Positions 1-14,861 of a DNA stretch of 64,000 bases are shown here, piece after piece. Position 1 is the stretch's first letter. Each line of letters starts with the position of its first letter. Position numbers and translations under genes: made by a program. The DNA is from the human T2T-CHM13v2.0 reference genome, Homo sapiens: the NCBI RefSeq assembly GCF_009914755.1, contig NC_060938.1; one strand, given 5' to 3'. The notes below the pieces were generated by a model that saw only the letters and a list, made by a program, of their open reading frames with translations, ran no database searches and was not told the DNA's origin.

Positions 1-535
1 TAAAAATAAAAATAAAGAATGAAGTGGGACCCTTACCTTCATAACACATACAAAGATTAGCTCAAAATGGATCAAACACCTAAACCTAAGAGTAAAACTA
101 TAATGTTTGAGGAGAAAACATAGGAGAAAGATTTCATGACATTGGATTTGACAGTGATTTCTTGGCTATGATACCAAAAGCTCAGGCGACAAAAATAAAA
201 ATAGATAGATTGGACTACATAAAAATTTAAAACATCTCTGCATTAAAGGGCCCAGTCAACAAGAAAAGGCAGGCCACAGAATGGGAGGAGATATTTGAAA
301 AATCATATAACTGATAAGGAGTTAATATCCAGAATATCTAAAGAACTCCTACAACTGAGCAAAACAGCTTGATTTTTTAAATGTGTGAAATACTTAAATA
401 GACGTTTCTCCAAAGAATATAATATCTGCAAATGACCAATAAATGCATGAAAAGATCCTCAACATCTCTGTCATTAGGAAAATGAAAATCAAAATTACAG
501 TGAGATACTTCACACCCACTAGGATGGCTACTATT
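1..535 (+). mobile_element. Old L1 (L1M/L1MB-like) ORF2 3' fragment, host of nested insertions
   Basis: L1 ORF2-like sequence (e.g. CAAAATGGATCAAACACCTAAA, GAGATACTTCACACCCACTAGGATGGCT); resumes at ~2621. Confidence 0.85.
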
Positions 536-556
536 TAAAAAAAAAAAAAAAAAAAA

Positions 557-797
557 AAAGGAGCAAAGGCAGGCAGATCACTTGAGCTCAAGAGTTTGAG
601 ACCAGCCCGGACAACGTGGTGAAACTCCATCTCTACTAAAAATACAAAAACTAGCTGGTTGCATGTGCCTGTGGTCCCAGCTACTCGGGAGGCTGAGGTG
701 AGAGGATTGCTTGAGCCCAGAGGGTCAAGGCTGCAGTGAGCCAAGATCATGCCACTACACTCCAGCCTGGGTGACAGAGCAAGACCCTCCCTGTCTC
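557..797 (+). mobile_element. Alu (5'-truncated, J-like)
   Basis: Alu consensus motifs: GGCAGATCACTTGAG, CTACTAAAAATACAAAA, CTCCAGCCTGGGTGACAGAGC. Confidence 0.9.
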
Positions 798-811
798 TAA
801 CAATAAAAATA

Positions 812-916
812 GTGCTCGCTTCAGCAGCACATAAACTAAAATTGGAATGATACAGAGATTAGCACAGCCCCTGCGCAAGGATGACATGCAAATTCGTGAA
901 GCAGTTGCATATTTTT
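812..916 (+). pseudogene. Essentially full-length U6 snRNA retro-pseudogene (RNU6-type)
   Basis: GTGCTCGCTTCAGCAGCACATAAACTAAAATTGGAATGATACAGAGATTAGC...CCCCTGCGCAAGGATGACATGCAAATTCGTGAAGC...CATATTTTT matches U6 with several changes; preceded by Alu tail rather than a U6 PSE/TATA promoter. Confidence 0.95.
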
Positions 917-2620
<1,704 letters not shown>

Positions 2621-3670
2621 TAAGTGTTAATGTCCTCGTGGAGAAATTGGAACTATTGTTGTGCACTGTTTTTTGTTTTTTAGGGTCTGTTTGTTTGAGA
2701 TGGAGTCTCGCCCTGTCACCCAGGCTGGAGTGCAGTGATGTGATCTTGGCTCACTGCAGCCTGCCTCGGCCTCCTGAGTAGCTGGGCCTACAGGCACGCA
2801 CCACCAGGCCCAGCTAATTTTTGTATTTTCAGTAAAGATGGGGTTTCGCCATGTTGGCCAGGCTGGTCTCAAACTCTTGACCTCAAGTGATCTGCCTGCC
2901 TCAGCCTCCCAAAGAAAGCGCTGGGATTACAGGTGTGAGCCACCACACCCGGCCCTGTGCACTGTCAGTGGGAATGTGAAATGGTGCAGCCACTGTGGAA
3001 AACAGTATGGCAGTTCTTCCAAATATTACACATATACCTTGAAACTGTGTATCGCTATTATGCATCAATTAAAAATAATAGAATGGGAAAAAAATAAAAA
3101 TAGAACTGCCATATGATCCAGCAATTTCACTTGTTGGATATACACCCAAAAGAATTGAAAACAGAGGCATGAGCAGATACTTGTAGCCCCATGTTCATGG
3201 CAACATTATTCACAAGTGACAAAAGGTGGAAGCAACCCAAATGTCCGTAAACAGGGAAGAGTGAATAAACAACTTCAGTGTATGCCAATGGAATATCATT
3301 CAGCCCTTTGAAGGTAGGAAATTTTGGCACTTGCTACAACATGGATGAATCTTGCGGACATTATGCTGAGTGAAATAAGCCAGTCCCAAAAGGACAAACG
3401 CTGTAAGATCTCCTTATGTGAAGTACCCAGAGTAGACAAGTTCATAGAGACTGAAAGTAGAGTGATGGTTGCCAGCACTGGAAGGAGGGAGAATGGAAAG
3501 TTACTGTTTAATGGGGACAGAGTGTCAGTTTTGCAAGGTGAAGAGTTCGGTGGATGGATGGTGGTGAGGGTTGCAAGACACTGTGAATGTGCTTAATGCC
3601 ACAGAACTGTATGCTGAAAACAGTTAAGATGGTACATTTTGTGTTGATGTATATTTTAGCACAATTTTTA
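2621..3670 (+). mobile_element. Continuation of host L1MB-like element (ORF2 end/3'UTR), interrupted by Alu 2668-2953
   Basis: GTGGAGAAATTGGAAC...GGGAATGTGAAATGGTGCAGCCACTGTGGAAAACAG...ACAACATGGATGAATCTTG... Confidence 0.85.
2668..2953 (-). mobile_element. Alu
   Basis: Reverse Alu consensus; TSD TGTGCACTGT on both flanks. Confidence 0.9.
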
Positions 3671-4141
3671 TTTTTATTTTTTTGTTTTTATTTTACCTTA
3701 AGTTCTGGGATACATGTGTAGAACGTGCAGGTTTGTTGCATAGGTATACATGTGTCATGGTGGTTTGCTGCACCTATCAACCCGTCATCTAGGTTTTAAG
3801 CCCTGCATGCATTAGATATTTGTCCAAATGCTCTCCCACCCCCTGTCCCCCACCCCCCGACAGGTCCTGGTGTGTGATGTTCCCCTCCCTGTGTCCATGT
3901 GTTCTCATTATTCACCTCCCACTTCTCAGTGAAATCATTTAGTGTTTGGTTTTCTGTTCCTGTGTTACTTTGCTGAGAATGATGGCTTCCAGTTTCATCC
4001 ATGTCCCTACAAAAGACATGAACTCATTCTTTTTTATGGCTGCATAGTATTCCATGGTACATATGTGCCACATTTTCTTTATCCATTCTGTCATTGATGG
4101 GCATTTGGGTTGGTTCCAAGTCTTTGCTATTGTAAATAGTG
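3671..4141 (-). mobile_element. L1PA-like 3' end (5'-truncated)
   Basis: Reverse L1PA 3'UTR and ORF2 C-terminus (LFTIAKTWNQPKCPSMTEWIKKMWHICTMEYYAAIKKNEF); 12-bp TSD GCACAATTTTTA at 3659-3670 and 4142-4153. Confidence 0.92.
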
Positions 4142-4264
4142 GCACAATTTTTAGACAATTGTTTTTTAATCAATTATAATATTATTAACTCCTTGTATTT
4201 ATAGCATTTATATTTCCTTTTGCTTGCTTTTGGAGAGAACATACAGAAATTTGTGATTTTAAGA

Positions 4265-4558
4265 TCGGGCATGGTGGCTCATGCCTGCAATCTCAGCACT
4301 TTGGGAGGCTGAGGCTGGAGGATCACTTGAGCCCAGGAGTTAAAAGACTATTCTGGGCAACATAGTAGAGACCTCATCTCTACTGAAAATGAAAAAAATG
4401 AGCAGTTGTGGTGATTCAAGCCTGCGGTCCCAGCTCTGCAGGAGGCTGAGGCAGGAGGATCACTTGGGCCCAGGAGGCCGAGGCTGCAGTGAGCAGAGAT
4501 CATACCACTTCCCTCCAGCCTGGGTGACAGAGCAGGACCCTGCCTCCAAAAAAACAAA
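4265..4558 (+). mobile_element. AluJ-like
   Basis: Alu consensus with J-type GGAGGATCACTTGAGCCCAGGAG. Confidence 0.9.
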
Positions 4559-5675
4559 CCACAGAAATTTGTCATTTTTAATATGAGCGCTATTCCTGAG
4601 GGGTTTGTTCAGAGGTATTTACATGTTATTTTTTTGCTTGAGAATTGATTATTCACTTTCCCTTTCTTCTAAAAGTTATAGGGATTTGGGGGGGTGGTTT
4701 TGATTGATTTTTATTTAACTGTTTAAGCCACGTCAAATTTTATTCTGGTATGATGTTAAGACTTAAATTGACTTTTTTCTGCATATAGTTAATCAGTTGT
4801 CTGCCCCAAGATTGCCAAGCAATTATCTAATTCTTCCCCTTCCACTGATTTGAGATATACTCTTTATTATATTACATTTATGTCAACATATTTCTCAGTT
4901 TGGGGCTGTGGCTTCTGTTCCATTAATCTGCCTTTTTTGCCCCATCACACTGTCATTAATTCATACAGCTTTATAGTTGGTAGGACTTGCCTTTCTCATT
5001 AGTAGTGTTCTCATTCTTCTTGTTCTTTTATTTTTTGCAGGTGAACTTTAGAATACTTTTGCTAAGTACCTGGAAAAATAGAGGCCCACCTGAATTTTAA
5101 TTGGAAATACTTTAAACCTGTAGATCAGTTTGGGGGGAAATTATCAGCATAGCTGCAGTATTTATATTTTTATATTTCCAATTCAGAAGTACACCTTACC
5201 TTTATTCAAGTCTTCTTTTCTTCCCTCATATTATTTGTTTATTTATTTCTATCTTAGAGTCTGTTTTATCAATGATGGCCAGATCAGCCTTGGGTTCTTT
5301 AAAGAACTACTTACATGCATAGGGTTTCAAAAGAGTGTGGGGTAAATCACTAATAAAGGCAAGATCCTTTGATCTGAGATCATTAGGAAAAATACATCAA
5401 AAAGTGTCTTCACTGTTTCTTTGACTCCTATTCCGTATATTATATATAAAGCTCTTAGGAGCCTTTCCCCCTTATTTCTGTATTCCCACTCATCAGCACA
5501 GTTGTAGGATAGGCACATTTTTTCATCTTATCTCGTATGAAATATTAAATCATTGGAGGGCAGGTCTCTGTCTCCTTAAAGCCCAGATCTTCAATAAGCA
5601 TCTGCTCCTGGGCTCCTTCCTGAGCCCCTGAACGCCTCGTTCCTAATTGTGTCTGAGTTCATCTGGCATCACTCA

Positions 5676-5697
5676 GAGGAGGAGGAGGAGGAGGAGG
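5676..5697. repeat. (GGA)n microsatellite
   Basis: GAGGAGGAGGAGGAGGAGGAGG. Confidence 0.85.
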
Positions 5698-7370
5698 CTG
5701 GGGTGTGGGGCAGTGAGAGTCATCAACACTGCTTCCTAGTGGTCGTTGGTGATCGGTGGCCATCCCCTCCAGACAGACAACCCACAGGTCAGCAGTGAAG
5801 GCTTAGAGGCAGGAGGGCAGCTAAGATCTAAATTCCTCTTACCCAACTGAAAGCACGTGCTCTTTAAAAAAAAAATTAATTCTGCTGTTCAGATAGCAGC
5901 AAAGTCAGAGCAGGTGTGAGGCCGGCAGCCTGCTCAGGTGGTGCGTGCCCACTGCCCACTTGTGTTAGAAATCACATCATCTCCTGGCCGGCCATGGAAT
6001 CCAGCACTGTCTGTCAGCTCTGGGGAAAGAGGGGGAAGGGTGGGATTTGGTTTGCTTTTATCTATTTATTTTAGTTGCTATTGATACACACAATAAAAGC
6101 TACATTCTTGTGAGGGAGGACTTGATTAGCAGCCCTGAAGGGCGGTAGCAGTTCCCTTACTCATTGAATGTATCTGGCGCTAAACCCTCAGCTGGAACTG
6201 CGAGCCCTAGCTGTATTTCAGGTGTTTCTTACTCTACTGTGAATTATGTTTAGGAACTAAAGGGCTTTTGTATCCTTCACAAGTGGGGGGAAGAGAGCAG
6301 GGGAATTGTGTGAGAAACTATTAAAAATGAGGAGCCATGGTTTGGACAAACTTCCTTGTTGGTGTGAAGAAAGGAGGAATTTTTTTCAGTTCCACCTGCC
6401 GAAGAGGCTTTTCTTATAGTTCGTTTTCATTTGGAACTACTAATAACACTCATTTTTGTAGGGAATCATCTCACCGCACCCCCTCATGGGATCCTGCAAT
6501 ACTCCATCCAATTCAGAAATAATGTTTTTCTCCTTGGAATAGCTTTTTACATTAACTGTATTTGAAGATAGAAAATTTAGATCTGAATAGCAGCTTTTAA
6601 TAGCCCCATAAAAATAAGTGAAAATATCTTTAATTTTAAATTTAAACAAAATATCTAAAACTTAAAAGGTATTTAATATGTCAGCATATTTGCAATACAA
6701 AAATAAACATGCTCCATTTCATTTTTTTGCTTTCTTACTCCCACGGCCAGGTGATATAAATATTTCAATTTGTGTCACTTTCTAGCTATCGAATTTATAA
6801 AGCGGCTTTCATTTTCTACGTAAGTTTTTAAGCTTAATTTTTTCAGGGAAAAAATAGATCTCAAGAAAAAAAGTGTTTGGGATCATAAGTTAATAACTCA
6901 TCCTATTGGTAAGGGAAGTTGAATAAGAGTCCAAACTAATGGATTAGAATTGTGTAATATTTGCTTAACCATTTGTTAAAAAAAAAAAACAAAAAAAAAA
7001 CACTGGGTTGCCAGAATCCTACCTAAGATGCAGATATTAATTAGAACTAGCAAGTCGAAGTTGCACAGGTGGGTATAAAATGAATTTGGGATCCCTCACT
7101 GGGAAATGCTAAAGTTCACACAGACATATACACACACTTTTTTTTTTTTTTTTTTTTTTTTTTGGTGGCTCCCTCGAAATCATTTGTTTACAGTCTGGCC
7201 AAGGTTGTGGCCTCCAGTATTCCCCCTAAGAGATGGGATCTTTGCCTAAAAGTTACTGAGAAACGAAGGCTGCAAAAAGCCGGAAAATATCCCAGCTTTT
7301 AAGGCACACTGACAGCCAAACAGAACGCTCTTTCCGTTTGCAGTTTTTTTAGTGTCATTTTAAGTTGCAG

Positions 7371-7409
7371 CTTCCGGCCAATCAGCGAGCTTCATGCCTG
7401 CTGACATCA
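7371..7409 (+). promoter_or_regulatory. PPP2R5C: PPP2R5C proximal promoter elements: ETS site, NF-Y CCAAT box, CRE-like site
   Basis: CTTCCGG (7371-7377) overlapping GGCCAATCAG (7376-7385), and TGACATCA (7402-7409), ~120-155 nt upstream of the ATG; motif matches only. Confidence 0.6.
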
Positions 7410-7472
7410 CGAACCAGCCAGTTCCCTCCAGCTGCAGAGAGCTTCAGTTTGTCTTTTTTTTTTTAAACTAAA

Positions 7473-7496
7473 ATGGAGGCTGGTTTCTTGCCTTAA
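7473..7496 (+). other. Upstream ORF MEAGFLP* in the presumed 5'UTR
   Basis: AAAATGG strong Kozak context; ATG GAG GCT GGT TTC TTG CCT TAA; requires a TSS upstream of 7473. Confidence 0.55.
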
Positions 7497-7527
7497 GGAG
7501 CCCATTGCCTTTCCCGCTGAAGTCTAG

Positions 7528-7621
7528 ATGTTGACATGTAATAAAGCGGGCAGCAGGATGGTGGTGGATGCGGCCAACTCCAATGGGCCTTTCCAGCCCG
7601 TGGTCCTTCTCCATATTCGAG
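7528..7621 (+). CDS. PPP2R5C: PP2A B56-gamma, first coding exon of the proximal-promoter isoforms (94 nt)
   Basis: Translates [31 protein letters not shown]+G; canonical donor GAG|GTAAGT; phase 1 joins exon 54271 in frame. Confidence 0.97.
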
Positions 7622-8924
7622 GTAAGTTATTGTGTGTTTCACTGAATCGGAACCTTCCGTGGGTAGTTAATAAATGGCTATTGTGCTTCAGATAAGAAAA
7701 GCAGGAAGTCCTTTCTAGCAGAATTCACCCCATTTCGCTGCAGACTTAACCAGAGGAGGTTGGGTGTGTCACTGCAGTTTGGCATTTTACGAACTACTTA
7801 CAGAATTTGAGGCTTGAAAGAGGCCTTGCATGCATAGTTCAAAGCTGGTTTTTCTGCTTTCTGCTCGCTCTCCCATCCCCCTTTCAAAGCTGTGCTGATG
7901 TCAAAGGATGTGAAGTCACTGCCCAGGGAAGGTATTGGGTGGGGGTAGGAAGGAGAGGCGGGCCTGTCGCGCCTGGCCAAGTTGTTCGTACGCAGAGTTT
8001 CTGTTACATATGTGTGGCTTAATGCTGCAAAGGTTTTGTCGAGGACACATCTCAGAATTAAAGATGAATTGCAGTCAGAAAATATGCACAATTGATTGGA
8101 AAAGAACTTCCTTTAAAAGGATTGTTTTCATTCTTGCCGTGGAGCCTGAGAGAGAAATATGCTCCACTTTGAAATATTGAAATCTATCGTGGGTCATCAT
8201 TTTTGAAATGTTAGCGTTTTCGTGGAATATTAGGAAATATTTTGCATTTAAATAGGCTCTGTGTTGCCAGTTGGCTTTTAAAATTTTAAATGGCAACAAG
8301 TTTTCAAGGTATATAGAGATCACTGTTTTAATAATTAGTTTGCTTCTTTTTATGCATATTTTGGTTTCAAAACTTAGCCTAAAAGCACAACTACTCTAGT
8401 AATTAATAGCGGTTATATTGAACTACAGGCATCAGGGTAGTAGCCTACTTATTCTTGGTATTTTAAGATATATGAATTTTTTTTTGGTCATAATTGGGTG
8501 AAATAGAAAAATGATTTTAAGCTTCATCAGATCACTTTAGAATTTATAGTATCAGAGCTGTGCCCCAACAAAACTGTTTCTCAGAATCTCTTTTAAGGAA
8601 GGGTGGGAGCAAGATTTCTAGGTGACTAATAATCTCTATGACTAAAACGCCAGGCCAGACTTTTCAGATCCTAGGGTGTACCCAGGCACATGCAGACTCA
8701 ATCTACTGGAATAAAATGGGTGGTGCTTTTCTCTCCAAACTATCTTTCATGAAGGTGGAAATCAGCATTCAATGACCAAATTGTAGGACAGGCTGTGAAT
8801 TTATTGTTTTTGTAGTGCACCCAGTAAAAAGCAAAGGTTGCCTACAGGTAACATTCAGGTATTTTAGCTGCAAGAACCAAATGGGCAAGAACAAAATGTA
8901 ATTGTTTGGATTTAAGTTAGATAG

Positions 8925-9227
8925 CTTTTGTTTGTTTTTTGGGAGACAGGGTCTCACTCTTGTCACCCAGGCTGGAGTACAGTGGTATGATCACAGCTCA
9001 CTGCAGCCTCCACCTCCCGAGCTCAGGTGATTCTCCCACCTCAGTTTCTTGAGTAGCTGAGACTTCAGGCACGCACCACCATGCCCAGCTAATTTTTTAA
9101 TATTTTTTGTAGAGATGGGGTTTTGCCATGTTGCCCTGGTTGGTCTTGAACTCCTGGGCTCAAGCGATCCTCCCACCTCCGCCTCCCAAAGTGCTAAGAT
9201 TACAGGTAAGAGCCACTGTACCTGGCC
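8925..9227 (-). mobile_element. AluJ-like
   Basis: Reverse Alu consensus. Confidence 0.9.
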
Positions 9228-10643
9228 AAGTTAGTTCTTAAAAACGAACTAGTTAGCAGTAAGATAAATTAACTGCATATAAAATGTAAATTTTTATACT
9301 TTTAAGGTATCCACTTATAAATAACATAAATCTTTTTGGTTTGTGTTTTCTGGTTTTTATTAGATGCCTAATATACTACTCAGTTTTTGAATTATGAACT
9401 TATTCTGAAATAGAATCATTTCACGTTGTGTCTTGAACCACATTGATTTTTTTTTTAAAATTCCAAGACCTTATTATGGCCAGTTTGTATTTGTTGCTGT
9501 TGGTTGGGTGGTTGGTTGCTTGCTGTATAATTGTGGAGGGAAAAAGCAGTGAAGTGTATTAGCCTGAAAGAGACTTGAGTTTTTAAGAAGGGATAACTTT
9601 GGAGACCTAAGACTAACTTCTGACTCAAACAGTGGGGGTAATTTCTAACTTCAAAATTTGAAGAACGCTTGATTTACTCATAAAGACTTTTCTGGAGCGA
9701 GCATGTTAATGTGAGATTTAGCAAAATTTGATTTATTTATTGGGCCTTAGAGTCTTAGCTTAACATCCATTGAGCAGCTCCGGTGTGCCAAGTGCTGAGC
9801 GTCATTACAGTGATTAAGTTGCAGCCCCTGTCCCAAAGGAGCGAATGGAGAGACCCAGCATAGGAGCTCTGCCACGAGAGGGCTAAAGCAAGAACACACC
9901 GGCAGGGTGCCCGGGAGAGCAGGGGCTGGTGTCAGGAGCAGAAGGAACCAAGGAGGGCTGCACCCTGGGCTACCCTGCTCACTCGGATGGGGTGGGCATG
10001 CGCTGTCCTTCCCGTTTATTTAGGAAGGAGGGGTCTTTCCCACTGAAGGAGAAATAACTTACCCAAGGTCACACAGCCTGGAAGTGGTGGAGCCAGAATC
10101 CAAACCCAGACTGTTGTGTTGTTTTGTTTTGGATCTTTTTAAAAAAATCATTTTAAAATAGGAATGTTGGCTGCTTGAAGAACATTTTGCTACAGGATTA
10201 CAGTAGTGGTATTTTCCCCAATGCCTTACCATTTATTTGGCTCGGTAGCCTCTTTTTGTATAACAGTTTTGTACCTTGGGCTCATTTATTAATCATTTTA
10301 CAAATATTTATTGATCCATACCACATGCCAGGCAGGGTTCTAATGTGGATATGAGCAGGGGCTATGGCCCAGCTTTCCCAGTTTACCATCCATCAGGGTG
10401 GGGACCAAGTAAGTAAGTAAGGAAAATGATCACCTGATTTGTTGTCACGATCGCTTTGACCATTATTGTCTACCAAGTAGTCTGGACTTTGCGATTAAAA
10501 TGGTGAATTTGCACATCCTAATAAGTTTGAGTGTGAAAGGGACATATTTTTGAGAGTTAGTGTAAGCCCTTCTGTCTGTAGAAGGAGAGTCACCTGGAAC
10601 TTGATGGCTGTGAATGTAGCTTGGTGACATAAATCCTCACTCT

Positions 10644-10829
10644 CAGCTGTGTCCAGGAGAACTGTCTGCTGTGGTGGAAATGTTCTGTGCTGTCCTCTGC
10701 AGCAGCCCCTGGTCACCTGCGACTGCTGAGCACTTAACATATACAGCTGAGAAAGTGAATTTTTAACTGTAGTTATTGTAAATTTAAGTGGACACACCTG
10801 TCTTGTGGCTAGGATATTGGACAGCACAG
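10644..10829. mobile_element. MER3-like hAT non-autonomous DNA transposon
   Basis: Ends CTGTGTCCAG...TTGGACAGCACAG form imperfect TIRs; internal GTGGAAATGTTCTG motif. Confidence 0.6.
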
Positions 10830-10834
10830 TCGTA

Positions 10835-11009
10835 GACTGGAATTGTTCGACTTTTTTGGAAAAGGACCAGATTGTAAGTAGCTTTGGCTTTGTGGGTGAA
10901 AGCAGCCATAGACAGTAAATGAATAGGCATAACTGTGGTCCAATAAAGCTTTATTGACAAACAGGTGACAGGCTGGATTTGGCCCATGGACCATAGTTCA
11001 CCAACTCTG
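10835..11009. mobile_element. MER58A-like hAT element
   Basis: AAAGCAGCCATAGACAGTAAATGAATAGGCAT...CCAATAAAGCTTTATT...GGCTGGATTTGGCCCATGG...CCATAGTT. Confidence 0.7.
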
Positions 11010-12158
11010 TTCTAGACTGTTCTTTGACTTTCGGAATTGCCTGTTAAGGATAGGAAAGCATGTTTCCTGCAGGCCTTCAGTCTAGTGCCTCCTCCCTGTG
11101 CTGGGAAGCTGGGCCAGCCGTGATGCTGTGAGGCGTGGTGGGTGGGCCCACTTCCCACCCTGCAGCGCATGCTCACTTCAGGAGCCAGGTTTAAGGCAGT
11201 GACAGCCAAGCCGGAAAGATGGTAATGGCCAGAGAGGAAGCACACAGTTTGAGCCTTTTCCAGCTGGCCCTTATTCTGGGCTTCAAGAATGTTATTAACT
11301 GCTCTCATCTTGTTCTAGTCATTAGCAAACTTATCCAGTGGATGAGTCTGTCCTTGAAAGACTCAGGAGTAGCTCCAGCCTGGTGGGATGTTGGAGAACA
11401 AACCATTCTTTTGATGTAAACCCATTTTTTCTTGGGAAGTGGAAGTCTAATGGAAAAGTTTATTTTCTCACAAGTACTTCCTGAGTCACCAATTTGTTGA
11501 AGGTCTTCACCTTTCCAATAAAAACTCATTAAAAAACATGCAAGAAGCAAGCACAGAACTCAAACCCATGGCTTTCATTTCCTGCTGCGCTAAATCTGGT
11601 GACTTAACCTATATTAATAATAACAATAGCTATACATAATGCACATGGGTTGCTAAATTAGTAACACACCTGCATGGTGTGAAGTCAGTAAGTACTAGTG
11701 AGAATGGGTGCCCCCTGTTATCTTTATTCCCTAAAATTAGGAAGGAAAAATGTTTGAATGATGACTAAACAGTTCTTCAAATAATTAAACCAGTGATCCT
11801 CTGAACAGTGCCTCAGCTCAAGATTTTTACTTCACAAACATCTCTTTACTATGTAACTGCAGCTCTCTGCAAAGTGACTTTATAGAACTACAGCCTTAAC
11901 CTTACCCATATCCTATCCTGTATCCAATCCTGTATCCTAGGTGTGAAGTTGTTTCTTTCGTATTCCTGGTGGTGTGGAAGGTAACCAAAGTAACAGATAA
12001 CTCTCTGAGGAAACAGGGGTGGGTATGTTTGTGTAAAGTCTGTACACCTTTTTGTTCCTTAAACACACACACATTTATGCTCATAAACACACTCTCATCC
12101 ACCTCCCTCATCCATACGCTCTCAATCTCAGAGGCAAAAACAAAAGCTTACCATCCAG

Positions 12159-12266
12159 CTTGGGTCTAATGTCTGCTCAGGAGGTTTTGCCTTGCAGCAA
12201 AAGCTATCTTCTAAAATTTTCTCATTAAAGTATGTTGTGTAGAGGAATGAAAGAAAAATAGAGGTA
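12159..12266 (+). repeat. Left arm of non-Alu inverted repeat
   Basis: Reverse-complementary to 13616-13732, including TTTTGCCTTGCAGCAAAAGC (20/20) and TGAAAGAAAAATA (13/13). Confidence 0.9.
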
Positions 12267-13218
12267 AGGTTATTAGTCAAGAATAGGGTGTGTGTTTTTA
12301 AACCCAGGAAAAGAATAGACAGAAACACAAAGACAAAGTGGTTTGGGATACATCCTAACTTTTGGTTCCATATGTCAAATAAAATTGCGAGGTGGTTCTT
12401 TTTGGATCCTACAGCACTTTGCCAATTGTGACAAGCTGTTGTGAACACTCATGTACTTCTTCCTCACAGCACTCCTGCCTGGCAGGTGAGCAGGACAATC
12501 CTAGTATTTCTCCTCCCCAAGGTCACCCAGCCTAGAGGGTCCAGTCCAGGGCTGTTGGCAGCACCAAGTACGAGGTCCCGAAGCTGCTGCTGGTGGCTGT
12601 CCCAGAGGAGAAGCAGCATACGTTGAGTGCCTTCAGTGTGCTAGGTCACAGCTGAAACCCTGTACCTCTGTTCTCTCTCTGAATCTGCCCAACACTGTGA
12701 GGCATTATAACCCTCCCCCACTCACTACCGCCCCTGCCTTTTTTGTCCCCCCGGGAGAAAAAAGGGAGCCTCTTGCCCAGGGCCACAGAGAATGTAGTGA
12801 AACAAGATTTGAGCCTCAGTCAGTCTGATAGCAAAGCTCATGTTCTTTGCTCTGCAGACATCAGAGTGTTGAGAGATGCTGGTGAAAGCTCCCACCTCAT
12901 AGGTACTTTTTGATTTTTACTGTTTTCTGTACAGTGGTAATGGATTTGAGTGTCTGGAGTTCAAAACTCATTTCAGGGTTGAATAGGAGTTTGTTAAAGG
13001 TTTACATGCGTATGTTCTTGGTGTGCAGGGAGAAAGTTGATAATCTTACCTGCTGTCCCAGTTCACTTACCAAATCTGCCAGCTAGTAACTGTTGACTTA
13101 CCTCCTCCACAAAATCAGGAGTATCCCGAGGACAGTCCTGTTGAACTTGTTCTCTGGTGACACTGAGCATTATTCCTAGAGTAGAGGCATCAGTTAGTGT
13201 CAGTGGATTAAAAATTAA

Positions 13219-13558
<340 letters not shown>

Positions 13559-13615
13559 TGATGTATTTCTTAGCTAAATACCTCATCAGTGGAATGAGAA
13601 GCTCATGAGAAGCTG

Positions 13616-13732
13616 TACTTTATTTTTCTTTCAATCCTCTATACGCTGTAGTTAACGTATTTCAATGAAAAACATATAGGAGATGGCTTTTGCTGCAAGG
13701 CAAAAACCTGCTGAGCAGACGTTATACCCAAG
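13616..13732 (-). repeat. Right arm of non-Alu inverted repeat
   Basis: GCTTTTGCTGCAAGGCAAAAACCTGCTGAGCAGACGTTATACCCAAG pairs with 12159-12204. Confidence 0.9.
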
Positions 13733-14440
13733 TGCAAGAGTAAGACTACCAAAAAGGTGACAGACTTTACACAAGGCGGCTGGTTGAAAGAGCGACACAG
13801 GTGCCCACTCCACTCTAGGCCTTGCTCAGGCGCTGTTTCCGCTCCCTGTCACACTGGAAATAGGACCGCCAAGTGGTCTAAACGTGGGATAAATCATTTC
13901 TCTCACTCACATCTTGGAAAGACGCTGGCTAAAATGCATGGGGGAAACCAGTACTCCCACAGCAGGTAGAAGTCTGGCTTTATTTGAGGCCCTTGAATTA
14001 CACATAAATCAAAAACTCTTCTAGTTTAAAAAAGAAAAAAGACTAAAGAGATATAACAGGTACCGTGAGTGAATCTAGATCAGATCCTTGTTCTAAAAAG
14101 TGTGAAATCAAACCTATTAGAGACATTTTGAAGGCAGCTGGAGAAAGTGGAGTGCAGAATGATGTTGGATGTGTGGAATTACTGCGAACTTTCTAGGTGT
14201 AAAAAGGTGTCCAACTTTTGTAAGGGACTTTTCTTATTCTTAGGGAATGCAGAATGAAGTATTAATAAGTGAAGGATCGTGATCTCTGCAACTTTAAATG
14301 GTAAAGAGAAAAGTGGGTAAAAAGCAAATATGTCAAAGCATGAACAGTTGTTGAATCTAGCTGAGGGGATATACAATATACAATTATTCATTGAAATTCT
14401 ATGGAGATTTTAACTTTTTCATAATGTTTGAGAGAAATAA

Positions 14441-14861
<421 letters not shown>

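Noticed and set aside
812-916. Functional U6 snRNA gene
   Set aside because: No upstream PSE/TATA, several substitutions and a small deletion, and fused to L1
5268-5380. Possible C/D-box snoRNA (ATGATGG ... CTGA)
   Set aside because: Imperfect C box, only a ~3-bp terminal stem and no recognisable guide sequence
11905-11938. Short ATCC(T/A)ATCCTGT repeat
   Set aside because: Ordinary slippage duplication with no sign of function
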